A stretch of 64,000 nucleotides of DNA, taken from a virus. Location: positions 5,742 to 69,741 of IMG/VR virus record IMGVR_UViG_3300020583_000014. One strand, 5' to 3'. The translations under genes were made by a program, and so were the position numbers. Shown here one piece after another: positions 26,044-35,716 of the stretch; positions within the stretch are counted from its first letter, which is position 1; every line of letters begins with the position of its first letter. The notes under the pieces are model-generated. The model ran no database searches, was not told the DNA's origin, and worked only from the letters and a program-made list of their open reading frames with translations.

Positions 26044-29000
26044 TATATGTAACCCCCACCGTAATCCCCATACCCCTGGTAACGTTGCATAAGTTTCGGA
26101 ACCATAGCTGGGGTAGTCTTATTACTCTTACGCTTAGTTAAAGGAAGTACCAACTGCGGGACTTGCTGACCCAACTCCCGTATCTGGGGTCTTGACACAA
26201 GTTCGACTCTAGGGGGCCTCACCCCCGCAATCTTAGCCCCTGGAATTACACCCCCCCCCATAGAGCCCAGCCCTTTATGTAACTTATCCCTATTCCCAAA
26301 GTAATGAGCCCCCTCCCCAGCTACCATACCAGTGGCAGCCATAGGATAGCTTCCATAGGGTATATTCACTCCTCCCTTAGCTTCACCAAAGCCCCCATCT
26401 GGACCTTGGACATTAGTGCCACCCCCACCACCTGGGTAAGTTAGAACAGGGGGGTCACCTGTCCCCCAATCAGGTATTGGGTCAGGTGTAATAGTATTAG
26501 TTCCAGTCCCACTATTGTAGGGATTCTGTTGCCCTGGACTAATAGTGGTGTTCCCACTACCTGGGTTAAGGGTCGGATCACCAGGATGCCCAGGTATCCC
26601 ATCCCAAACCACGGTGGTATCACCTATACCGGCATTGGGATCTGGTACAGTTGTTGCCCCACTACCTGGGTCTGGGGTAACCCCATATGGATTAAAAGTA
26701 GAGTTAACATTGGGGGTAGTCCCAGTTGGATCAGGTGGAGGGGTACCTACAGTGGGAGCCGGTACATTTGGATTAGAGGGAGTAGCTGGAGGAAGGGAGA
26801 ACTGGGTTGGTGGGGCATTCACCCCCCCTACTGTTGGCACCGGGGGCTCTATTGTACTCAACCCGGGCGGAACAGTATTAGGTGTGGAGGACCCAGTACC
26901 CGGAGAAGCGGGGGGAGTACCCCCGCCATAACCGCCCGCTCCACCACCATATGTATTATATATATTGGTATTGGAGCTTGCATAACTAGGGGGGGAAGGC
27001 ACACCCTCAACCGGAGCCCCTTGTCCAAATAGAGCTTTCAACATTGCCAGATACGCGGGGTCCTGGGTCTGAGGTTGTGAACTGGAAAGGTAGGGGTCGT
27101 TATATGATTGATCCCCTGGAGCCTCACCGTACATATCCTTCTTAACGGGAGCTAGATCCACAATAAGTTCAGGGCCAGCCTCCCCGACTAGAGCCATATG
27201 CGGACCCTGGAAAGTATTACCCTTGGCAGTACCGGGAATCTTGGGTTGAGTTGTGGTTGTAGTCGTACCCCCTGTGGGATTTGTAGTCGTAGTCTGTGAC
27301 CCACCTATGTTAGTGGCTTGGGACACATCTCCCAATACATTCTGAGCTAGGTTAGTTGGGGTAGTGGGATCTCCAGGCTTAGTCCCATAATTAGCAATTG
27401 CTCCCGCTGTGGCAGCATTAGCCCCACTAATTTGAGTTCCATACGTCCCTATCTGCTGTTGGTTACCAACCTGCTCGTTCTGGGAAGCCTGAGCCTGCTG
27501 ATTCTGGAGATAAGTCCGGTACTCCTGCTGTTGAGCTAGAGTCTGGTTAGCAAAGTTTAGGTTAGTAGCATTATTTTGCCCGTACACATACTGCCCTGAG
27601 GCTTCCTGTGCCGCTTGGTTAGCCTCACTGGTAGTCTGCCGGTTGGTACCTAAGAGAGCGGCCCGATTGGATTGATTCTGCTCAGCAGTCTGGTTAGCCC
27701 CAAGGTTAGTGGTAGCCATGAACTGTTGGGCCTGTTGCTGCTGATTACCAAGGTACTGCTCAGCCCCCAACTGTGCGGCAGAAAGTGTATTCTGAGTATT
27801 GAGGGCAGAAGTCCCAAGATATTGCTGATTCTGTAATGCCTCAGCTTCCTGGGCTTGATTAGCAGCTACATTCTGTTGCCCTAAAGCCTCCTGAGTCCCA
27901 GTCCCCAACGCAGCATAACTCTGGGCGGCCCCCAAGCGGGTAGCTTCCTCAGTCTGAGTGGTGTTTAACTGAAGCTGCTTAGCCTGTACCTGGGCATTAG
28001 TCATTGCCTGGGCTTGCGCGGCAGCATTCGCCTCAGCCAATCTCGTTTGGGCATCAGCCAAAGCCAAAGGGTTGGTATTGCCCGCTGCGTTTGCCTGCTG
28101 TAACAGTTGGGCTTGGTTAGTTGCATTCTGATTACCAACTGTATAACCTGCCGCATTGAGAATAGCTTGCTGATCTTGTGGAGTTACAGTCTCGTTCTGG
28201 GCATACTGTTGGGATACATTAAGGGCCGTGGGGTCTACATAAGGATTGACATTAGCAGCCTCAGTGGCTAAAGCCCCCTGCACGCTTTGTTGGCCTGTAT
28301 TCAGAGCATTCCCAGTTAAGGCACTTTGGTTGGCTTCGTTTGTGGCCTGGGCCTGCTGGTACTGCCCAATATCAGTACCTATGTTACCAGCGGTAGTACC
28401 AAGAGCATTGTTGATATTACCCTCATCGGAGGTTAGTTGCTGTACAGGTTGGTAGGGGTTACCAGCTATAGCAGACTGCTCCCCAGGAGTAAGGTAATTC
28501 TGTCCTACCTGCTGATCGGTTAACTGAAGTGCTTGCAGCGCAGGCTCGTTAAGGATGGCATTCTGCTGCTCCTGAGTGTACCCCCCTTGACCGGAAGCTA
28601 TAGGAGCATACGCGGAGGTTAGCTGCTGCTGATCGTTAAGATTCTGCCCCGCGTTATAGTTTACATAGTTCTGCAACTGCTGATCTATACCTGCACCCTC
28701 ACCTAAGGCCAAGTTACGATTCTGCTGGGCCATTTCATTGATGGCGGGTCCGGTATAGGGGGTACCATACTGTCCAGCAAAGGGACCTAACGGCTGCGAA
28801 GGATTGTTAGTAGCCAGATAAGAATAAGGGTTACCATTACCTGGAGTAGTATTATATTGATAATTTGGGGCTCCTTGTGTAGATGGGTTAGAGGGGGCTT
28901 GGGTTGGGGCAGGGCCTTGTCCAGGACCCATTATACCAGCCGCATCAGTCCCAAGAGTACCCCCGCCAAAATCATAAGCGGGGTTAACACCCCCAGGATA

Positions 29001-30338
29001 GGCAGTGTTACCACCAGTGGAAGCTGCGGTAGTAGGGGGGGTGGTGGTTATTGGATTTGTGGGATTTGAAGGGTTAACTCCAGTCTTAAGTGGGGTACCA
29101 ACAGGGTGATTAAGACCTGGAGGGGTTGGGGTACTTGTCGTAGGTGGAGTACCTGTTGTAGATGGGGTTCCAGTAGTAGACGGTGGAGTCCCAGTAGTTG
29201 GAGGGGGGGTACCTGTGCCAGTTCCAGAATAAGGATTCCCTGTAGGTGCAAAGTTGGGATCACCAGCAGCCTGCTGGAAGGAACTTACAATATTCTGTGC
29301 AAGGCTGGGGTCCAGAGTTGCAGTTATATCATTACCATTAGAGTCCCAAATCTGACCATCGGGAGTAACCGCCACTGTCTGCACCTGTCCGTTGATGTTA
29401 ACCTCACCCTCGTAGGAGCTATTTATGTCAGCAGTTACTCCCCCTGTGAGAGCACTATCGGTGGGAGCATTGGCTCCTGGTATCCTACCTAAAGTAGGCC
29501 CCCCACCTAAAGAGGATGCCCCAAACCCAGTTCTTGAAGAGGGAGTCTGTCCAGCAGGCATTGACCCCCCTGGAGTTTGGCCCGCAGGTGTAGATCCCCC
29601 AGGAGTAGTGGCATAAGCGTTATAATTTCCGTTACCAGTGGGGGCAGCGGCCCCAGCCCCACTAATAGACATCCCGTTAGCCTGCTCCATCTCCCCTATA
29701 GCTTGTGCGGGGGAGAGCCCAGTCTGCCCTGTCGCCTGATTGGTATAACTTCCAGTAGCGGGATTATATACCATATTATATCCAGGCCCAGAATTAGCAA
29801 GGAGCGGGTTGAGGGAGAAATTAGGGTTGCTCATTGCATACTGAGCATAGCTTTGCCCAACTGGTACTGCCCCTGTAGACTGCCCCACAGAATATGCCCC
29901 ATAACTGGTGGGGGAGGAGCCATATTTGCCATATGTCTGGGCGTCTAGACCCGCGTTAGTCTGATTACCCCCCGGTACATTGATCTGATTCTGGGCAATG
30001 GGATTACCATTAGCATCCAGATAGGCCATATTGGGTCCAGATAGCTGTTGGCCCGATACAGTACCTCCCATCTGCTGGGCTATAGCAGCAGCGGCAGCCG
30101 GGGTAGCAAATTGGAGAGGATTTAGCGGGGAAGTGGTAGGTTGCCCTGTAGTGGGATCGGTGTACTGTACTACATTACCCTGCTCGTAGTTATTAGGGTC
30201 CAGATATGGGTTAGGAGCTTGGGTTTGAGGGATAGATGAGGCCGTGGTGGCTGTGGGTAGTGCATAACCTGGATTTTGGGCATTCACGTATCCAACACCC
30301 CCCGGCATCCAGACGGTTGTGCTGTTAAACCCCCCCAT
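26043..30338 (-). CDS. large Gln/Ala/Gly/Pro/Thr-rich internal (pilot/ejection-like) protein
   Basis: 1431 aa, few charged residues, Q/A-rich helical core, ALVGEAGPELI motif. Confidence 0.6.
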   Translation of the reverse strand: MGGFNSTTVWMPGGVGYVNAQNPGYALPTATTASSIPQTQAPNPYLDPNNYEQGNVVQYTDPTTGQPTTSPLNPLQFATPAAAAAIAQQMGGTVSGQQLSGPNMAYLDANGNPIAQNQINVPGGNQTNAGLDAQTYGKYGSSPTSYGAYSVGQSTGAVPVGQSYAQYAMSNPNFSLNPLLANSGPGYNMVYNPATGSYTNQATGQTGLSPAQAIGEMEQANGMSISGAGAAAPTGNGNYNAYATTPGGSTPAGQTPGGSMPAGQTPSSRTGFGASSLGGGPTLGRIPGANAPTDSALTGGVTADINSSYEGEVNINGQVQTVAVTPDGQIWDSNGNDITATLDPSLAQNIVSSFQQAAGDPNFAPTGNPYSGTGTGTPPPTTGTPPSTTGTPSTTGTPPTTSTPTPPGLNHPVGTPLKTGVNPSNPTNPITTTPPTTAASTGGNTAYPGGVNPAYDFGGGTLGTDAAGIMGPGQGPAPTQAPSNPSTQGAPNYQYNTTPGNGNPYSYLATNNPSQPLGPFAGQYGTPYTGPAINEMAQQNRNLALGEGAGIDQQLQNYVNYNAGQNLNDQQQLTSAYAPIASGQGGYTQEQQNAILNEPALQALQLTDQQVGQNYLTPGEQSAIAGNPYQPVQQLTSDEGNINNALGTTAGNIGTDIGQYQQAQATNEANQSALTGNALNTGQQSVQGALATEAANVNPYVDPTALNVSQQYAQNETVTPQDQQAILNAAGYTVGNQNATNQAQLLQQANAAGNTNPLALADAQTRLAEANAAAQAQAMTNAQVQAKQLQLNTTQTEEATRLGAAQSYAALGTGTQEALGQQNVAANQAQEAEALQNQQYLGTSALNTQNTLSAAQLGAEQYLGNQQQQAQQFMATTNLGANQTAEQNQSNRAALLGTNRQTTSEANQAAQEASGQYVYGQNNATNLNFANQTLAQQQEYRTYLQNQQAQASQNEQVGNQQQIGTYGTQISGANAATAGAIANYGTKPGDPTTPTNLAQNVLGDVSQATNIGGSQTTTTNPTGGTTTTTTQPKIPGTAKGNTFQGPHMALVGEAGPELIVDLAPVKKDMYGEAPGDQSYNDPYLSSSQPQTQDPAYLAMLKALFGQGAPVEGVPSPPSYASSNTNIYNTYGGGAGGYGGGTPPASPGTGSSTPNTVPPGLSTIEPPVPTVGGVNAPPTQFSLPPATPSNPNVPAPTVGTPPPDPTGTTPNVNSTFNPYGVTPDPGSGATTVPDPNAGIGDTTVVWDGIPGHPGDPTLNPGSGNTTISPGQQNPYNSGTGTNTITPDPIPDWGTGDPPVLTYPGGGGGTNVQGPDGGFGEAKGGVNIPYGSYPMAATGMVAGEGAHYFGNRDKLHKGLGSMGGGVIPGAKIAGVRPPRVELVSRPQIRELGQQVPQLVLPLTKRKSNKTTPAMVPKLMQRYQGYGDYGGGYI

Positions 30339-31014
30339 ATTTTGCCCCCTTCTTTTGATTATCTACGTTCCACATTGGACGTAAATTTCTATAATTAAAA
30401 CATAGCTTTTGCTGCTCTGGGTCCGATAAGTCAAAAGAAACACAGGGTCTAATATGGTCAATATGTATCCTACCCATAGCAGACCAGGACATACCCTCTG
30501 TAAATTGATTCTCAATATGGATTCTCAATTCCCCCCATGAGCACCCTACCACATCCACCATATGTGAATCCCTAGAACCATTAAGTGTCTTCAAAAATCT
30601 ACGAAGGCGGTTACTCAATAAACATCTAAGTCTAAAGGAGGGGTCATTGTTATACTTATCTAATCTCCATTTATTCTGATAGGATCTGAAGGCTTCTTTG
30701 TTATTTTTAATATACTCTTTATCCTGCTCTGTATGTGTTCTATGGTATTCCCTAGTATTGGCCCTTTCCCTATCTCTATTAACTGAGTGGTAGTACTCCG
30801 AATACTCTTTTTCCTTTAACTGTACAAGGATAGAACTTCTATGCTTCTTCCTAGACTCAATTACTTTTTCAGGATTATCCCTCTGCCATTGCTTAGAAAC
30901 CTCCAATCGCTTATCCAAGACGGCCCGTTCCTCTGGAGTACAATTTGTCTTTCGTGCTGGCATACCTACAGCATAAATCGATAGTAGTGGGATTGCAAGA
31001 ACTTTATACCACAT
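30325..31014 (-). CDS. HNH endonuclease
   Basis: GCS..EL..HIE.QF..GMSW, HIDHIRP..SFDL, CF.Y.NL.P.W..DN..KG; true start may be ATG 30963. Confidence 0.85.
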   Translation of the reverse strand: MWYKVLAIPLLSIYAVGMPARKTNCTPEERAVLDKRLEVSKQWQRDNPEKVIESRKKHRSSILVQLKEKEYSEYYHSVNRDRERANTREYHRTHTEQDKEYIKNNKEAFRSYQNKWRLDKYNNDPSFRLRCLLSNRLRRFLKTLNGSRDSHMVDVVGCSWGELRIHIENQFTEGMSWSAMGRIHIDHIRPCVSFDLSDPEQQKLCFNYRNLRPMWNVDNQKKGAKYGGV

Positions 31015-31022
31015 TAGAAATA

Positions 31023-31045
31023 CTGCGTGTACTTAATACAGACCC
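31023..31045. repeat. 23-bp dispersed palindrome copy (intergenic)
   Basis: ctgcgtgtacttaatacagaccc. Confidence 0.9.
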
Positions 31046-31056
31046 TATTTGATGCC

Positions 31057-31437
31057 CTAAACAAGGGGTATAGCCCCTGTTTTCACTGTCCCATCCGAGT
31101 ACTGTACAGCAAAGATAAGCTGGTTTGTGGTCTGATTCACGGTCACAGTCATGATTGTAGACCCAAAAGCTACTTTTCCCGTAGTACTCACTGCCCCTAT
31201 GGAAGCTATACTGGCAATGTTAGAGGTTACTATCTGCCCTAGGGTATTAGCCCAACTCTGAATAGCCTGGAGCATACCAGCCATCACCTGAGCTAAGGAT
31301 ACAGGCCCAGTTAACTCACTTTTCTCTACTCCCATGCTACCCCCACTACCTCCTATAACAGAGGATAGGCCGGTACCCCGCACGCGGGTTATGCGGGAGG
31401 CTATATTCAGTTGAGGTACTACTTGACTAACAGGCAT
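31057..31437 (-). CDS. hypothetical virion protein
   Basis: Start set at MPVSQ; C-terminal LIFAVQYSDGTVKTG is typical of fibre ends. Confidence 0.5.
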   Translation of the reverse strand: MPVSQVVPQLNIASRITRVRGTGLSSVIGGSGGSMGVEKSELTGPVSLAQVMAGMLQAIQSWANTLGQIVTSNIASIASIGAVSTTGKVAFGSTIMTVTVNQTTNQLIFAVQYSDGTVKTGAIPLV

Positions 31438-31452
31438 TTGTAATGGTATTAT
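31423..31452 (+). promoter_or_regulatory. sigma70-type promoter of inverted two-gene moron
   Basis: TTGACT-18-TATTAT with extended TG; ATG at 31458. Confidence 0.55.
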
Positions 31453-31457
31453 TAGAT

Positions 31458-31682
31458 ATGATACAAGATGAATTTTCAAACTTACCTATTACTAGGCAGA
31501 GGAAAGAGCAATTACGTCACGTAAGGGATGGAAAATGTCAGTACTGCTCCAACCCCCTTGCGAAAGAATCCACATTAAATTGCGTTACCCATATGATAAA
31601 GATTCGGGAAAGGCAAAGGAAAAATAGGGGTCGTAAGAAAAGGTATCTAGGGTCCCGTAGTTATAAAGTTACGATGGTATGA
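31458..31682 (+). CDS. small basic Zn-finger protein (paralog of 3463..3687)
   Basis: Clear by-eye alignment with 3463..3687. Confidence 0.75.
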   Translation: MIQDEFSNLPITRQRKEQLRHVRDGKCQYCSNPLAKESTLNCVTHMIKIRERQRKNRGRKKRYLGSRSYKVTMV

Positions 31683-31975
31683 AATATCTAATTATCAAGG
31701 GGCTCTTGGTTGTCAGTACGGCCCTAGATGCCCACTCCAGTTGGAAAGCTACTAAGGCTGGGGCTATTGAGGCTAATCCTATTCTCTCCTCCCATGGAAC
31801 TTATGCTACCAAAGGGGCTACCATTGAATTTGGGATAACCAGTGCCACCCTGCTGACAGAGTACTTGATTGAGAGAAACCATCCCAATATTAGAAATAAG
31901 ATTGCCATTGCGGAAGCTGTATCCGCTGGGGCTCACTTTGGTATCGCTGCTCATAACTATTCTCTAGCGAAATAA
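31679..31975 (+). CDS. membrane protein
   Basis: ATGA overlap; D..SS......G..EANP motif; hydrophobic helices. Confidence 0.6.
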   Translation: MKYLIIKGLLVVSTALDAHSSWKATKAGAIEANPILSSHGTYATKGATIEFGITSATLLTEYLIERNHPNIRNKIAIAEAVSAGAHFGIAAHNYSLAK

Positions 31976-32521
31976 TTCGCGTTCTGAATACCAATGCCGC
32001 AGGGCTGATAGCTCAAAGTTACCACCTGAGGTAATCACAAACACAGAATCCACACACCAGAACCCATGCAGGTTGCTAAAGGATCTCACCACTGGGACCG
32101 CTGTAACCGCAAAGGCCGGGACTGGGATATTGCCAAATACCTGAGTCCAGTTAGCATATTGGGAAGCAGGGTTGGTAGTCTCAACAAAGGTGGACCCTAT
32201 TAAAACATTAGCTGCATTATAGAAAGATAACCCAAACCCTATCTGCCCATCAGCGGCTACACTGGACTTAACCCAGAAACTAGCAAACAGAGAAGCCCCA
32301 GCGGTAACTGAGAAAGGTACCGTGGAAGTAACATCACTAGAGCCTAAGGAACCGTTAGCTGTTCTTTGTATCCCATATAATCCATTCTTGGCACATATAA
32401 TAGACTGAATCCATAAGGCCCCCAAAGTCCAGGCGGGTAAAGGAGGGGGGGGTATAAATAAAACTGAGCCCTGTCTTAATGCCCCTATAAAGGATGGGTT
32501 GGATACGCCTGCTGTTGGCAC
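31964..32521 (-). CDS. carbohydrate-binding-domain virion protein
   Basis: V.AG....SFWVKS, FYNA....IG, WTQV....VP..A, DSV galactose-binding-like pattern. Confidence 0.55.
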   Translation of the reverse strand: MPTAGVSNPSFIGALRQGSVLFIPPPPLPAWTLGALWIQSIICAKNGLYGIQRTANGSLGSSDVTSTVPFSVTAGASLFASFWVKSSVAADGQIGFGLSFYNAANVLIGSTFVETTNPASQYANWTQVFGNIPVPAFAVTAVPVVRSFSNLHGFWCVDSVFVITSGGNFELSALRHWYSERELFR

Positions 32522-33670
32522 CTAGCTTCCTACATTATCCACTATAAGCTGGGCTGTACCACTAGTAGTCGCTGTAGATTGCCATGCCGTAGTTATCCCA
32601 TCCTCTTCCAGGTAAGAAATAGTGGACCCAGAGATAGTGAATCCATTCCTAAGAGGACGGAGGGCATTCATGGTTGAGCGGGAAGCGGGTTGACCCACTG
32701 CTACTGTAGTTGCCGTCCAATCCCTAATAAGGGCCGAATCGGCTATAGCGTTTTTAGTGTTAGCATCAAATAAACCAGCAGTGGGTCCTGATATACCTTG
32801 GTCAGCAGAGAGGGAAGACTGGCCTACCCCAGTTAGGGACATCCCGGCTCCATTACCAGTAGCAGTCCCAAAAATACCAGATCCAGAAGTAGCCCCACCC
32901 ACACCAGATATTCCTCCTCCCGTTCCCCCTCCCACCCCAAGTACACCATTTCCAGACCCATTTCCGGCAGCGTTTATCCCGTTACCATTGGAGGCTCCAA
33001 CTAGGTGCATTCCATCCCCCCCACCTGCTGCATAGGCATAAATTCCAGAACCGGAAGTGGCCCCCCCCGCTGCCACTATTCCCTGTCCCGTACTACCCCC
33101 AGAGGATAACACCCCACTACCAGAGCCATTACCAGAGGCATTTATACCATTACCGTTAGATCCAGTAGAGGAAGCTATAATAGCATCCCCAGTTGAATTA
33201 ACTATATTCAATTGCCTTAAGGAGAGGGTAGCATTAGGGCCATTTGTGAAAGATCCATTTATCTTTACCACGTTAGCTGGTATTTCCGTACCCAAGGGGC
33301 TATATCCTAAATAGGCTATGTCTATAGGGGTAGACTGCATATTAGCGGCCCCCGAAAGCATAATTACACAGCCTAGATTTCCAGTAGAAAAAGCCGCATT
33401 AGGGGGGCAGAATTGATAATACCCCGGCATATGGGTAGCATCTATCTCAGCAAAACCACCAGAAGTATACACCCCCAGAGTCATAGTGGTAAGCGTTATG
33501 GCAGTTGGGGACAAGACAGTATCCGGCATAAAATAGGCAATTAACCCGGAGGTTGCAGATGTTAATCCCGTAAGCCCAGCCCCAGTTGTCACAGAAGAGT
33601 TACCAATAAAAATCTGTAATATGTTAGAAACTGATTGTTTCTGTATCTGCTTAAACTGTGGTGCTGCCAT
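32522..33670 (-). CDS. Gly-rich tail fibre-like protein
   Basis: EIDATHMPG.Y N-domain followed by G/S/A-rich repeats. Confidence 0.6.
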   Translation of the reverse strand: MAAPQFKQIQKQSVSNILQIFIGNSSVTTGAGLTGLTSATSGLIAYFMPDTVLSPTAITLTTMTLGVYTSGGFAEIDATHMPGYYQFCPPNAAFSTGNLGCVIMLSGAANMQSTPIDIAYLGYSPLGTEIPANVVKINGSFTNGPNATLSLRQLNIVNSTGDAIIASSTGSNGNGINASGNGSGSGVLSSGGSTGQGIVAAGGATSGSGIYAYAAGGGDGMHLVGASNGNGINAAGNGSGNGVLGVGGGTGGGISGVGGATSGSGIFGTATGNGAGMSLTGVGQSSLSADQGISGPTAGLFDANTKNAIADSALIRDWTATTVAVGQPASRSTMNALRPLRNGFTISGSTISYLEEDGITTAWQSTATTSGTAQLIVDNVGS

Positions 33671-33679
33671 ATGATATCT

Positions 33680-33702
33680 CGGTGTGTACTAAATACAGAC
33701 CC
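33680..33702. repeat. 23-bp dispersed palindrome copy (intergenic)
   Basis: cggtgtgtactaaatacagaccc. Confidence 0.9.
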
Positions 33703-33705
33703 TAT

Positions 33706-35643
33706 TTAGGTATTACCTTCAAAACTGGGATCGTGGACAAGATTCATACCCTGAGTTATCAAATGACTCATACCCTCAGAGATATTATCAAAGCTGCGGT
33801 GTGGCATCAAACCAGGACTCTGGGATAGGGTAACTGGTAGAACATTGAAAACTTGGGCATGATCCAGACTAAATGCCTGAATTTGGGCTACCCCGTTACC
33901 AGTTAGGCGGTAGTCTGCCCCGTGATGATGATAGATCACCCCCTTTGCAGACTTCCCACCCATGTTGGGAAAAAGGGATGTCTCATAGGTTGAGAATATG
34001 GGGAACCCATTGTCTAAGTATGGGTTAACATCTGTAGACTGGTTATTCCTTAGTATACCATCGTGGAGGGAGGAGCCAAGCCATAATTCCTGCTGTTGGG
34101 AGGCTGCTGTAACCGCCCCCGGCAGTGAGTTTTTCACAGAAGCAATAGCCCCCATATTGAACCCCTGAAGGAAATCAGGACCCGAGAAGTTAGCCGCTGA
34201 GGGAGTAAATCCCAAAGTGTAATCCCATACCAATTCCGCATTGGGAGTGGTAGCCCCATCTAGACAGGCTAGAACTGTAACGGTCCTTTTATGGGGTACA
34301 TCCACTATCTGGATAGCTTGTGCAGCATTCCAGTTAATCCGGTTCCATATATGATCCTGGTTATAGGAGATAGGAAGGGCCGGGAACGTACCCTGGAAAT
34401 AATACATACCATCTTGGGCAGCTACCCAAGCATATGTACCCGAGGGGGCAACCTGTACACCCCGTATCGCTAAAGTTCCACGGCTACCATCAATTAACTG
34501 AGGAGTAGCCCAAGTAGAGGGGTCACCCTGGTTATCTGTGGTCTGATAAGTCCACTCAGGCCCGAACATGTATAATACACCATCCATAGAAATACAGGTG
34601 GTAATATCCCTCAGGCCGGGAAGCTGAATTAAGGAGAGAGCGGGGTCTATCTGCTGGTACGCTCCAATAGCAGATACAAAAAGAGCACTCGACAGACCTC
34701 CAACATTATTAGGTATTTGACAGACATATACCATCCTATTTCCATGGGTTAGGACCACAGAAGGATAAAATTGTGGGACGTTAGAGACTGAGTTAGTCAA
34801 TAGGGTAAGGGAATAGGTAACATCCTGTCCTGTGGCAAGTAACTGCTGATCGGAGATATTGATAATGAAGGTAATGGTAGAGCTTGCACCCCCTACTACA
34901 GCTTGGGACAACCCTTGCGGGATAAACCATTGGGCAGGATTTCCGAAGGCAGTCATCATGGGATGAACTGCAATCGCCCCTACAGGCCAAGTAGTAGTCA
35001 GACTCCAGGAGAGGTAGGTCCCTCCTCCGACTGTGTAGGCAATTGGGGTGAAGGTGTTGATATTGGGATTAGTTCCCACTCCAGAATCAGGACTGGGGCG
35101 TGTAATGAAGCCAGAGCGATATTCGATAAGATAACCGAACAGGTGCAATCCGGGGGTACTGTTTCCAGGTCCCGGTTCTGATGGGGGCGGCGGAACATAA
35201 GTTATAGGGGGCAAGAATGCCAAATCGTTTACAAAGCCGGATTGGTATGTAAGGATGCGGGCACCACTCGCCCCCTGCCCTGACACAGTAAAGAAAGATA
35301 GGAATAGTCTAGCCCCAGCTTGTGAGAATGTAGCAGCTATTCCTATTAGACTACCGGCTATTAGCTCAACCTGGGGTAGAGGTTGATTGGTGATATCTAT
35401 AGCCCATACAGACTGATCTGAAGCCCGGTACCATAGCAGGAGGTTACCCAGGTCTGATATCCAATTGGACATGGCTGAGATTTCATCAGTAGTAGCAAAG
35501 GCCACTGAATACCCAAGCCGGGTACCTACCTGCATCCCAGATCTGCCCTTAATAAAGGATACGTTCTGGGCCTGTAGGCCATTAGAGGAGGGAACCTGGG
35601 TAGGGTCCTGGTACGACCAGCCCCCACCAAAGCTCATCGACAT
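33706..35643 (-). CDS. tail nozzle / DNA-stabilisation protein (P22 gp10- or T7 gp12-like)
   Basis: 645-aa beta-propeller-like composition; N-terminal GG....P......NV motif; position after adaptor. Confidence 0.5.
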   Translation of the reverse strand: MSMSFGGGWSYQDPTQVPSSNGLQAQNVSFIKGRSGMQVGTRLGYSVAFATTDEISAMSNWISDLGNLLLWYRASDQSVWAIDITNQPLPQVELIAGSLIGIAATFSQAGARLFLSFFTVSGQGASGARILTYQSGFVNDLAFLPPITYVPPPPSEPGPGNSTPGLHLFGYLIEYRSGFITRPSPDSGVGTNPNINTFTPIAYTVGGGTYLSWSLTTTWPVGAIAVHPMMTAFGNPAQWFIPQGLSQAVVGGASSTITFIINISDQQLLATGQDVTYSLTLLTNSVSNVPQFYPSVVLTHGNRMVYVCQIPNNVGGLSSALFVSAIGAYQQIDPALSLIQLPGLRDITTCISMDGVLYMFGPEWTYQTTDNQGDPSTWATPQLIDGSRGTLAIRGVQVAPSGTYAWVAAQDGMYYFQGTFPALPISYNQDHIWNRINWNAAQAIQIVDVPHKRTVTVLACLDGATTPNAELVWDYTLGFTPSAANFSGPDFLQGFNMGAIASVKNSLPGAVTAASQQQELWLGSSLHDGILRNNQSTDVNPYLDNGFPIFSTYETSLFPNMGGKSAKGVIYHHHGADYRLTGNGVAQIQAFSLDHAQVFNVLPVTLSQSPGLMPHRSFDNISEGMSHLITQGMNLVHDPSFEGNT

Positions 35644-35681
35644 AACTCGTTGAAAAGATGGGTCAACCGTATGAGTATCCT

Positions 35682-35704
35682 AGGCGTGTACTTAATACAG
35701 ACCC
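35682..35704. repeat. 23-bp dispersed palindrome copy (intergenic)
   Basis: aggcgtgtacttaatacagaccc. Confidence 0.9.
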
Positions 35705-35716
35705 TATTTTAGGGTT

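Noticed and set aside
26043-30338. Siphovirus tape-measure protein
   Set aside because: The VGEAGPE motif is present, but no tail tube or chaperone genes were seen, and the portal/adaptor/nozzle order looks podovirus-like; treated as an internal protein.
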